Part shown: one piece after another, positions 1 through 7,386 of the stretch
How positions within the stretch are numbered: the first letter of the stretch is position 1
How the letters are laid out: each line of letters starts with the position of its first letter
Source: a virus
Taxonomy: Duplodnaviria > Caudoviricetes
Strand: one strand, 5' to 3'
DNA length: 60,816 nt
IMG/VR virus record: IMGVR_UViG_3300020042_005302
Span: 1 to 60,816 of that record
Position numbers and translations under genes: made by a program
The notes under the pieces: generated by a model
Told to the model about the DNA's origin: nothing
Database searches by the model: none
The model's input: only the letters and a program-made list of their open reading frames with translations

Positions 1-129
1 CTCAATCCGACGATTCTGCAGAGCCTTAGCACCATGCCACAACAGCGCGTTGATGGTGCCGCTCTTTGGGCGCTCCACGCCGAGGACGATGCGGGCCTGC
101 GATGCTTCGATGATTGTCTGAATAGTCAT
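1..129 (-). CDS. Hypothetical protein, truncated by window edge (MTIQTIIEASQARIVLGVERPK...)
   Basis: ATG at 129 on - strand, AGGAG RBS (ctcct 136-140), frame open to position 1; not in ORF track. Confidence 0.6.
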   Translation of the reverse strand, partial: MTIQTIIEASQARIVLGVERPKSGTINALLWHGAKALQNRRIE

Positions 130-385
130 ATCTGACTCCTGTGTAATGCCTATTGTTATGGGGTAGGCTCCCCGTGTCCCTACTCAGTATGTCGAATAGG
201 GTATACCCCTCCGTGGAATCGGACTAAACACGGAACCGCCGGAACATGGCAAGCATGACACTTTGGTCGCACCAGCAGGGGTACCTAGACATAGCACACC
301 GAGAATGAACCCGGTGCACCGTCTAGCACAGGAGATTGACTATCTGGGAGTTTGGTGCATCTCCGGCAAAATGCACCACTATCTA

Positions 386-426
386 GGTAGAGCTGGTGTT
401 TACTAAGGTTCGATTCCTTAGCTACC
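386..426 (+). ncRNA. Mini tRNA-like element, copy 1 (no anticodon arm)
   Basis: GGTAG/CTACC stem, AGC-TGGT-GTT mini hairpin, CTAAGG-TTCGATT-CCTTAG T-arm; related copies at 666 and 2150. Confidence 0.75.
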
Positions 427-456
427 AATCCCAATAGGGAATGAAGGAGAAAGACT

Positions 457-666
457 ATGAATATCAAGGTTGTTATCAAAGCCGTTGCACAAGGAAAGTG
501 CGTCAGTGAGAACACGTACGAGACACCACGTGGCAAGTTTAGCCACAGTGGTCTTGTTGTGTTTGCTGACAGGCACAAGGTCAGTGTATTTAAGAACGCT
601 CAGCTCGTCTGGGCAACTACTGACGAAATCGAAATCAGGCAGGTGCGTTACGCACGTGCTAACTAG
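457..666 (+). CDS. Hypothetical early protein
   Basis: AAGGAG RBS, 69 aa; stop TAG overlaps the next RNA element. Confidence 0.8.
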   Translation: MNIKVVIKAVAQGKCVSENTYETPRGKFSHSGLVVFADRHKVSVFKNAQLVWATTDEIEIRQVRYARAN

Positions 667-706
667 GTAGGCTGGTGCCTTGTAGGGGTTCGATTCCCCT
701 ACCACC
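666..706 (+). ncRNA. Mini tRNA-like element, copy 2
   Basis: GGTAG/CCACC, (G)GC-TGGT-GC(C), TAGGGG-TTCGATT-CCCCTA; followed by hairpin TTCTCC-CGCAT-GGAGAA. Confidence 0.75.
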
Positions 707-742
707 TTTTCTCCCGCATGGAGAACTTAGGAGACAAAGACA

Positions 743-967
743 ATGTTTGAAGGATGGATAAAGGCAAATGGACTCGTTGCAAAGTGGTGGCCGTGTGAAC
801 ACGGTAACACAATGATCAGCGTTGAGAACGCTAATGGTTTCAACAAGCACAAGGTGTACGTTGTGAATCAAGCACAACTGCGAGAGAAGCTCGCGGATGC
901 AGCTCGCACTCTGCCTAATGGCAGTGATGCAGTACCCACGATCATGCAGATCGAAGGAGGCAAGTAA
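743..967 (+). CDS. Hypothetical early protein
   Basis: TAGGAG RBS; TAATG coupling to next ORF. Confidence 0.8.
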   Translation: MFEGWIKANGLVAKWWPCEHGNTMISVENANGFNKHKVYVVNQAQLREKLADAARTLPNGSDAVPTIMQIEGGK

Positions 968-1182
968 TGAGAAGAGACAGGACTAACATCGTATGGTTTG
1001 GCAACACCTACTTTTACAAGGATGAACTGTTCGTAACCGCATGCATCATCGCCATCGCTTTGATCGGTATGATCTGTGTACAGGTTGGTCGCAATATGGA
1101 CGCTGAGGTAGAGCGTCAACGACAGGTGGAAATGACTGAGATTGCCAACGATAAGGCAATCAACAAGGAGGTTACCAAATGA
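967..1182 (+). CDS. Small single-pass membrane protein
   Basis: Hydrophobic LFVTACIIAIALIGMICV; GGAGG RBS. Confidence 0.75.
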   Translation: MRRDRTNIVWFGNTYFYKDELFVTACIIAIALIGMICVQVGRNMDAEVERQRQVEMTEIANDKAINKEVTK

Positions 1183-1460
1183 CAGTCTACATTGCAGACT
1201 TTCGTAAGGGTGAGTGGAAGGTGTATGCCAACAAAGGGCGTACACCTATCGTAGTTCCTGACTGGGCAACACATGTCCAGTTCGGACAAGGGTTCGTCAC
1301 ATTTAAAGGTGGCGATCGTGTGGAAACTGAAGGTACAGCAGAGACCACTGGTTGGAATGGGTGGTCTCTTGTTCCTGCAATGAGCGCAGGAATTTCACGT
1401 CCCGGCACATGGGACAACACCATTGAGCGTTCGTACTTGATTGAAAGAGAAAGTAAATGA
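1179..1460 (+). CDS. Hypothetical early protein
   Basis: AGGAGG RBS, ATGA overlap. Confidence 0.8.
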   Translation: MTVYIADFRKGEWKVYANKGRTPIVVPDWATHVQFGQGFVTFKGGDRVETEGTAETTGWNGWSLVPAMSAGISRPGTWDNTIERSYLIERESK

Positions 1461-1570
1461 ACAGAAAAATAACACAAGAACAATATCAACGGGATCTCGT
1501 TGATATCTTCATCCACTTACTATGGATTCTTTTATTCATCATCGGAGTTACATCGGAGTTTTACCTATGA
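1457..1570 (+). CDS. 37-aa membrane peptide (MNRKITQEQYQRDLVDIFIHLLWILLFIIGVTSEFYL)
   Basis: ATGA overlaps at both ends; hydrophobic helix; below ORF-track cutoff. Confidence 0.6.
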   Translation: MNRKITQEQYQRDLVDIFIHLLWILLFIIGVTSEFYL

Positions 1571-2154
1571 ACATGACAATCAACAAGACTCGCATCCGCC
1601 CATCGATCTCGGTTAGCCCTGACCGGATACACGAAGAGGACGATTATGGGTGGAGGCATAAGACTAATCACTACGACATGATCGATCACGAGGTATGTAA
1701 CCTTATTAGAGATCACGTAATCTTATACAATGACGTGCAAGCTGCAATTAAAACCGGTAATACCGCTTTACCTGTATATGATAAACAAAGATTTACACGA
1801 GGTGGAAATTACTTCAAGTGTGCTTTCGTAGCAGGTCGCCTTGATCGTGACTATGGCAAAGCACTTTACTGGCTACGCAAAGCATGGGCATGCTTTGACT
1901 TTGATGGGCACCTCATCATAAAGGATGAGAGCAATGAAGACTCTTACATCTGGTTAACTACAGATATCATTGGCGATTACGACTGGAAGATAGCTGCTAC
2001 AGTTGTGACACGCAGCTTCCTTGGTAAGTCAGAAACACACACACAGATAGGTGTAATCAAAGAGGAACCAGATCTCACACCAGTAACGATACGAGTTGAA
2101 GCATTCAATCGTTACATCGGAATCGAACACGATAAATATCAAGCAATTAGGTAG
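1567..2154 (+). CDS. Hypothetical protein (start moved from 1522)
   Basis: GGAG RBS before ATG 1567 and ATGA overlap with the upstream peptide. Confidence 0.75.
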   Translation: MNMTINKTRIRPSISVSPDRIHEEDDYGWRHKTNHYDMIDHEVCNLIRDHVILYNDVQAAIKTGNTALPVYDKQRFTRGGNYFKCAFVAGRLDRDYGKALYWLRKAWACFDFDGHLIIKDESNEDSYIWLTTDIIGDYDWKIAATVVTRSFLGKSETHTQIGVIKEEPDLTPVTIRVEAFNRYIGIEHDKYQAIR

Positions 2155-2191
2155 AGCTGATGCTAGTCCGAGGTTTGATTCCCCGGCTACC
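2150..2191 (+). ncRNA. Mini tRNA-like element, copy 3
   Basis: GGTAG/CTACC, AGC-TGAT-GCT, CCGAGG-TTTGATT-CCCCGG; followed by hairpin TTCTCC-CTCGT-GGAGAA. Confidence 0.72.
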
Positions 2192-2253
2192 CTTTCTCCC
2201 TCGTGGAGAACATTGGCTGACAACCTACTGTCAATGAGAAAGCAACTATCGAT

Positions 2254-2466
2254 ATGAAGAAAGAGAAAGAAGCAATGGACAAGGCACGACTCGCTGTCCA
2301 TGAATACTATTGGGCACAAACTGACGATAATATACTCGTTCGCTGCCGCAAGCAAAGACAACTCGTCGAAGAGTTGGAACGTGCAGAGAAAGCATACAAA
2401 GAAGCGTACGCCAAGTCCGTACGTGACACATTTCTACAACTAGGAGAATGTTATGAAGCGGTATGA
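2254..2466 (+). CDS. Hypothetical coiled-coil protein
   Basis: 70 aa, charged helical pattern, in operon. Confidence 0.7.
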   Translation: MKKEKEAMDKARLAVHEYYWAQTDDNILVRCRKQRQLVEELERAEKAYKEAYAKSVRDTFLQLGECYEAV

Positions 2467-2869
2467 ATGTGGGTTTGGTAAGAAGCGTGTGGAGATCACA
2501 CTCAATGCAGGTTATGCACTCAAAGGTATTGATCCTGCAAGCATTGAACAGCAATGCAATGAAATATGTGAGGCACTACTGCACACATATGAATTCAGAC
2601 ACCTTGAGACAGATGCACAGTGGTCGTTCGAGACCAAGAAAGTAAATCTCTTTCAAGTAAAATTTACCTACGATACACACACAGGCAAGTACAGAGAGTC
2701 ACTCCAAGTACCTCCTATGGTGTACTTCCACGTTGCCTTGGAAGGTAGGGTAGCCCTACACACAGAAGGCAAGGCAAGCTGTCCAGATACAGCTTGTGGG
2801 CATCTCCGGCCAGCCCTCTACAAACATCTGCCGGATTATCTAATGATTACAGAATTCGAGGTTATCTAA
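2453..2869 (+). CDS. Hypothetical protein
   Basis: AGGAG RBS, 138 aa. Confidence 0.75.
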   Translation: MKRYECGFGKKRVEITLNAGYALKGIDPASIEQQCNEICEALLHTYEFRHLETDAQWSFETKKVNLFQVKFTYDTHTGKYRESLQVPPMVYFHVALEGRVALHTEGKASCPDTACGHLRPALYKHLPDYLMITEFEVI

Positions 2870-3183
2870 TGCAACCAGTTTACACAGCTAAAGAACTAGC
2901 ACAGATCGAACGCATCCGACAACGAGCAATCGCACGAGCAGAGCGAAAGCCCAAGCCTAAGCTTTTCCTTGAGCGACTCAATAAGTCTGAGTACAAGTAC
3001 CTTGTCGCAGCGGTTGGACGTGAACTCATATGCAAATCAACAGGCATCACTAGTGCACAGTCATACTCTAGTGATCCGTGTGCAGAGAAGATGCTTGTTG
3101 CGCTTGATGTCAGCCCACAAGAACACGGAGTCATTCTCAGGTTCGCCAAAATGGTAGCAGACAAGCAGTTCAAGCTGTCATAA
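2869..3183 (+). CDS. Hypothetical protein (start MQPVY)
   Basis: GAGG RBS and TAATG coupling at 2869. Confidence 0.7.
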   Translation: MQPVYTAKELAQIERIRQRAIARAERKPKPKLFLERLNKSEYKYLVAAVGRELICKSTGITSAQSYSSDPCAEKMLVALDVSPQEHGVILRFAKMVADKQFKLS

Positions 3184-3193
3184 GATGCCAAAT

Positions 3194-3310
3194 ATTGAGG
3201 GAGTCAAATTTTACACCCCCTCAATTATTACCGGGGAGGAGGGGTCAGATTTTACCCCCCTCATTACATTGAACAATAATCATATGAACAATATGATTGT
3301 TACGACAATC
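3194..3310. repeat. Iteron-like repeats plus AT-rich dyads, candidate replication origin
   Basis: Two related units GAGGG(A)GTCARATTTTAC(A)CCCCCTCA; TGAACAATA x2; dyads AATCATAT/ATATGATT and GATTGT/ACAATC. Confidence 0.55.
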
Positions 3311-3329
3311 CAGTTAGGAGTTAGTTGAT

Positions 3330-3554
3330 ATGGCTAAGAAGCAAGTAGAGAAAGATATTCGCATCGAATATCCATCAAGGAAGACCGTAGATGGCTCATA
3401 CAAAGCCAAGTGGGGAGTCTATGAGTACGTCACACTCGAAGACGGAACAGTAGACAGAAAATTCCTACAAGAGTTTGATTACAGAGACGCCGCTGTTGAG
3501 GCGTACCCAGATGCAACATTTAAACCAAGCGGATTCAAGAACACAGAACTATGA
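3330..3554 (+). CDS. Hypothetical protein
   Basis: TAGGAG RBS, 74 aa. Confidence 0.8.
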   Translation: MAKKQVEKDIRIEYPSRKTVDGSYKAKWGVYEYVTLEDGTVDRKFLQEFDYRDAAVEAYPDATFKPSGFKNTEL

Positions 3555-3865
3555 GACTACAAGTAGGCACAAAAGTACGAAACGTACGCAGACCAGACGT
3601 CATCGGCGTCATCACATCAATGAATGCACCCAACAATAAATGGATGGTAAGACCAGAAGACCTTAGAGTTATGGTCAGATATCCACGCATGACACTGTTG
3701 TCCAATGGCAAATGGAAAGGAGGTGAACTCGACGAACTACCAGCTGACCTTCTCCCTACTGGAGAAAAGATCCCGGAAGCATTTGAATCATATAAACGTA
3801 GCGGTGACGAAGGTGGCGTCGGCGCACGAATAGCAGCACAAAAAAGAAAGAGAACGCGGAAATGA
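3551..3865 (+). CDS. Hypothetical protein, possible SH3/KOW-like N-terminus
   Basis: LQVGTKVR...GVI motif; ATGA overlap. Confidence 0.65.
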   Translation: MRLQVGTKVRNVRRPDVIGVITSMNAPNNKWMVRPEDLRVMVRYPRMTLLSNGKWKGGELDELPADLLPTGEKIPEAFESYKRSGDEGGVGARIAAQKRKRTRK

Positions 3866-3975
3866 TTATAACTATATGCATCAGCATTGTATTCATATCC
3901 ATCCTGTTTCTACTAGGATGGTTTTTTAATGCAATAGATATCGCACAGGAAGAAATAGACATCAACAATGAGTAA
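3862..3975 (+). CDS. 37-aa membrane peptide (MIITICISIVFISILFLLGWFFNAIDIAQEEIDINNE)
   Basis: ATGA overlap, N-terminal TM helix, fills the gap between ORFs. Confidence 0.6.
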   Translation: MIITICISIVFISILFLLGWFFNAIDIAQEEIDINNE

Positions 3976-4357
3976 CATGATTACCCCACAGCAACTTGCA
4001 CAAGACGTACTGAGAGCCTATGAACGGCAAGACGGAATGATTACTAAGGTCGAGTTCCACAATGCCTCTAATTTCCGAAGCAAGCGACGCGTTAACATCG
4101 ATGGCACGATCGATATTTACTTGATTATGCATTATGAATTCAGGACTGCTGCCCAGTATCGCATCACACTACAAGTGTGGGATGACAAGTGGCAGATCAA
4201 GTCTGAAGGCTTTCTAGATGAAGTCAATGTTGAATACAACAACGATACACACAAGGCCCCAACAACGTTTATGATTCTCAAATCTTGGGCAGAATTGTTT
4301 GTAGATGAAGTACTTAGACTCAAGACAGTTGAAGGCCACGGGTTCATAGCCGACTAA
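3968..4357 (+). CDS. Hypothetical protein
   Basis: 129 aa ORF in operon. Confidence 0.75.
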   Translation: MSNMITPQQLAQDVLRAYERQDGMITKVEFHNASNFRSKRRVNIDGTIDIYLIMHYEFRTAAQYRITLQVWDDKWQIKSEGFLDEVNVEYNNDTHKAPTTFMILKSWAELFVDEVLRLKTVEGHGFIAD

Positions 4358-4363
4358 CACAAC

Positions 4364-4392
4364 GTGAGGGGTGCGTCTCACTAACAACGCAC
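4364..4392 (+). promoter_or_regulatory. Repeated H-type pseudoknot element, copy 1
   Basis: GTGAGG-G-GTGCG-TCTCAC-TAACAA-CGCAC, intergenic. Confidence 0.7.
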
Positions 4393-4405
4393 AGAAAGAG
4401 ACACA

Positions 4406-4612
4406 ATGACCAAAGACGATTACAACTGGATGATCGTGTGTGAATGGGTGGGTCAGATGCGAGCATTCTCAGCAGTGTTCAGCATGCCATTTGAACTACC
4501 AATGCCGTTCGAGCGCAAGTATCTTGACAAACTCGTTGCATTCATGAACGAACACAACAACAACGCAATCAGGGCACTCAATGCCACACGCACAAACACA
4601 GAGGAAAACTAA
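4406..4612 (+). CDS. Hypothetical protein
   Basis: AGAAAGAG RBS-like sequence, 68 aa. Confidence 0.7.
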   Translation: MTKDDYNWMIVCEWVGQMRAFSAVFSMPFELPMPFERKYLDKLVAFMNEHNNNAIRALNATRTNTEEN

Positions 4613-4938
4613 TGCCACCATTACATCATCATAAAAGAATCATTCTTAGCTTTGCATATCTTCATATCCACCCCGGTGGTGGATTGGAGAAAGCTATCTT
4701 GTTAGCTCCAAGCTTTCAACGATTTCTTGATCGCGAAGCACGTCAACACTGTGCTGAGTTACTAGACTTTATCGATGCTCATGTGCCACATGATGCACGT
4801 AACAGACAAGGTTTTGACCTTTGGCACAACACAGACCCTACAGAAGATGAGCGAATTGTTTTTAAACAATGGCTTGATTCAATTACGCCAATACCACGAC
4901 AGACAGAATGGGAGGTAATAGATACAAGTAATGGCTAG
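4612..4938 (+). CDS. Hypothetical protein
   Basis: GAGG RBS, TAATG coupling. Confidence 0.75.
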   Translation: MPPLHHHKRIILSFAYLHIHPGGGLEKAILLAPSFQRFLDREARQHCAELLDFIDAHVPHDARNRQGFDLWHNTDPTEDERIVFKQWLDSITPIPRQTEWEVIDTSNG

Positions 4939-5179
4939 ATACACTTACCACAATCAGATTTATGACTTTCAAGGCCAAGCAATTGGCCTTCCTGATGTTT
5001 ATACAACTGCATTAGCTGCACAAAAAATCGCTGGGCTTCACGTTTATTGTGATCCAACAATCATGCACATCAGGATCACACGATGTCTTGAACATACATA
5101 CGAGTTCAAACCGTATGCGATTGTTTACATGAACATTGTTACTGACAAACCTGTAAGTTCTAAAAGGAAAATATTTTAA
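4931..5179 (+). CDS. Hypothetical protein
   Basis: GGAGG upstream, overlapping ORF. Confidence 0.7.
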   Translation: MARYTYHNQIYDFQGQAIGLPDVYTTALAAQKIAGLHVYCDPTIMHIRITRCLEHTYEFKPYAIVYMNIVTDKPVSSKRKIF

Positions 5180-5434
5180 ATGAAATGCGATTGGGATGTT
5201 GTAATGGGTTCTTTAGTTCTTGAAGAACTACTCGAAGAGAACTTGATAACTAAAGATCATTACAACCATATGTGGGAAATCTTTAAAGATAAACAAGACG
5301 ATGTCAACTGGGTTTTACTTGACATGTCTGAGGTGTTATTGAATCTTGAACAAGATGATTGTGACAAGATCATTACCTACCTAAAAAAAGAGTGTAACCT
5401 CAAGAGTTTCACTGAAGCTAAGATCGCTATCTAA
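5180..5434 (+). CDS. Hypothetical acidic protein
   Basis: AAGGA RBS, abuts previous stop. Confidence 0.7.
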   Translation: MKCDWDVVMGSLVLEELLEENLITKDHYNHMWEIFKDKQDDVNWVLLDMSEVLLNLEQDDCDKIITYLKKECNLKSFTEAKIAI

Positions 5435-5441
5435 TGTTTGT

Positions 5442-5470
5442 GTGAGGGGTGCGCCTCACTAACAACGCAC
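5442..5470 (+). promoter_or_regulatory. Repeated H-type pseudoknot element, copy 2
   Basis: GTGAGG-G-GTGCG-CCTCAC-TAACAA-CGCAC (G-U becomes G-C in stem 1). Confidence 0.7.
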
Positions 5471-5486
5471 AGAAAGAAACATAATC

Positions 5487-5978
5487 ATGTCAGTTAAGCT
5501 TTACACACAGTATTTCCGCGACGCTCTTCTCGGTGTCCCTGCCAAAGTTGCAGACGGTACATTGAGTTCGTACGGTGGTTACTACACAACAGAGCACACA
5601 GATACCGTCGAACTCAACGGGCATTTCATCCAGATGGAATATAGTTTGCGGATGGATGTAGCCAATGGTCAAGAGAAAACACTACACCCTGTTCCTCTTG
5701 TACAGATTGAAGTCACAATGACACTGCGTCCTGAGAAGGATGTCCGTGCTACAGCTTCAATCATGAGTAAAGTAATCAAGGTTCAGTTGAACTCTGAGAC
5801 TCTTGAAGAGCAGATTGATGAAGCGATCCAGACACTAGAACGTGTCATCATTGACGTCAAGTTGCCAACTATAGCCTTTGACTTCTGGAAGTATGTTGCT
5901 ACTGCAATGCCAGACTTTGAGAAGCAGGTTAGCAAAGCGGTTGTAACTAACCATACTCGTCTGTCCTACAAGGACTAG
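5487..5978 (+). CDS. Hypothetical protein
   Basis: 163 aa, flanked by pseudoknot copies 2 and 3. Confidence 0.8.
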   Translation: MSVKLYTQYFRDALLGVPAKVADGTLSSYGGYYTTEHTDTVELNGHFIQMEYSLRMDVANGQEKTLHPVPLVQIEVTMTLRPEKDVRATASIMSKVIKVQLNSETLEEQIDEAIQTLERVIIDVKLPTIAFDFWKYVATAMPDFEKQVSKAVVTNHTRLSYKD

Positions 5979-5984
5979 TTAGAT

Positions 5985-6013
5985 GTGAGGGGTGCGTCTC
6001 ACTAACAACGCAC
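5985..6013 (+). promoter_or_regulatory. Repeated H-type pseudoknot element, copy 3
   Basis: Identical to copy 1. Confidence 0.7.
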
Positions 6014-6039
6014 AACTACACAATACAAAGGACAACACA

Positions 6040-6273
6040 ATGTATCGACAATGGTATGAACGCAGAATCAAACTTAATGATGGATATAAAATACATATTA
6101 ATTGCAAACAACTCGTTAGTTATGATGAGGACGAAAAGTTGTTTGAATGTGCATTAATCACACCAGATGAACATATAGATATGGATTCAATAACATACAA
6201 TTTAGACTTTCATCAAGTAGCAGAATATATCAACAAAGCTAAGGAAAAACATAATGACGATAGGAACAGCTGA
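6040..6273 (+). CDS. Hypothetical protein (start MYRQW)
   Basis: AAAGGA RBS before ATG 6040; track start 5992 falls inside the repeat. Confidence 0.7.
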   Translation: MYRQWYERRIKLNDGYKIHINCKQLVSYDEDEKLFECALITPDEHIDMDSITYNLDFHQVAEYINKAKEKHNDDRNS

Positions 6274-6502
6274 ATATATTAGGCATCACGTATATCGTGA
6301 TTGTCCTAACTACTCGTTTCCACCATGTAAGTATGGACACACGATGTGTTCATGCACAGATGAGGCCGGTGGCCCATGCTCAGATGAGTTAGAAGCAGAG
6401 AACGATCAACGAGTTGATGTGTTTTATGCAGCTCGCATTATTGATGCTATTTACGTCAAGAACAACGATAACTACGAACTACTTATATGGGATGAAGAAT
6501 AA
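6254..6502 (+). CDS. Cys-rich hypothetical protein
   Basis: CPN..PCKYGH.MCSC...GPC; AAGGA RBS. Confidence 0.7.
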   Translation: MTIGTAEYIRHHVYRDCPNYSFPPCKYGHTMCSCTDEAGGPCSDELEAENDQRVDVFYAARIIDAIYVKNNDNYELLIWDEE

Positions 6503-6747
6503 TGGAACACAAGATTTGTTTAGTTAGCGTCGATATGTTTAATGCGCCCGGAATGCTACGTTGGGCGCGTCACTTCTACCGCATGCCGTCATGCTCCAAG
6601 CAGGACAAGAAGTATTTCTTGGGTGTAATGGAAGCATGGATACCTGACAAGAAGACAGCCAAGTATTGCCTCGAATGTCCAGACGATGTCATTGAATGGG
6701 ACTACGAAGAACGGTCTGCGACAATCACAGTAAAGGTAACTAAATAA
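6502..6747 (+). CDS. Hypothetical protein
   Basis: TAATG coupling. Confidence 0.7.
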   Translation: MEHKICLVSVDMFNAPGMLRWARHFYRMPSCSKQDKKYFLGVMEAWIPDKKTAKYCLECPDDVIEWDYEERSATITVKVTK

Positions 6748-7146
6748 ATGACTGACAACATAATGATAGAAGCATGGGATGAGATTATGGCTGATTCACA
6801 AGAAGCCGAAGAATGTATCGTATCCATGTATAGTGTCGAGCGTTATTACGGTGGCCCAGAGGAAGGAGGTTGGTGGGGCAACCTGTTCATACTCAGGAAA
6901 TATGTAAGATGTAGTAATCGTGATGCAGCTGAACAACTACGACGGAAACTTCAAGAACGATGTGAGGAACTAAACAAAGAAGAACAACAACGAGATAGCG
7001 AAGACTGTTTGCGTCACTGCGAACGTGCTTGGTCGCGAGGTGAGGATGTAGATGACTACGGATATGACGGACCAAGTACATATCATGTACTCATTGAAAA
7101 GTTTCCCGGACAGAATCAACAAACAGAACGATCACACTACGAATAA
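6748..7146 (+). CDS. Conserved phage early protein (YGGPEEGGWW motif)
   Basis: Motif recurrent in phage hypothetical proteins, recalled rather than searched. Confidence 0.75.
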   Translation: MTDNIMIEAWDEIMADSQEAEECIVSMYSVERYYGGPEEGGWWGNLFILRKYVRCSNRDAAEQLRRKLQERCEELNKEEQQRDSEDCLRHCERAWSRGEDVDDYGYDGPSTYHVLIEKFPGQNQQTERSHYE

Positions 7147-7158
7147 AGGATAACAATT

Positions 7159-7386
7159 ATGTATTACGATTGGGACGAAGACGATGTTCCTTCTGATGAA
7201 GACGAGATGATTGAACAAATGTTTGAGCATCCACACGGTGCTTCAGCGTTGCGCAGAGCAACTAAAAGTAATCCACGCAATCTGCCGTGCCCGACATGTG
7301 GCGAGCCTAACAGGCTTACACCAATGGATGTATGGAAAGGATATCAATGCGACGAATGCGCTAATCAAGCAGAACGAGGCTGGTAA
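7159..7386 (+). CDS. Zn-ribbon protein
   Basis: CPTC...CDEC; AAGGA RBS. Confidence 0.75.
   Translation: MYYDWDEDDVPSDEDEMIEQMFEHPHGASALRRATKSNPRNLPCPTCGEPNRLTPMDVWKGYQCDECANQAERGW

Noticed and set aside
1540-1560. Tandem CATCGGAGTT duplication
   Set aside because: Only two short units; adequately explained as a duplicated RBS for the 1567 start
386-2191. Mini elements as true tRNA genes or integrase attP remnants
   Set aside because: No anticodon arm, only ~41 nt, 5+6 bp stems; the copies covary instead of matching one tRNA 3' end; no integrase seen
4364-6013. 29-nt repeats as a CRISPR array
   Set aside because: Separated by 0.5-1 kb of coding genes, not spacers; no cas genes
4355-6040. 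Pseudoknots as stop-codon readthrough signals
   Set aside because: Spacing is suggestive, but readthrough meets another in-frame TAA inside the element (copies 1, 3) or is out of frame with the next gene (copy 2)
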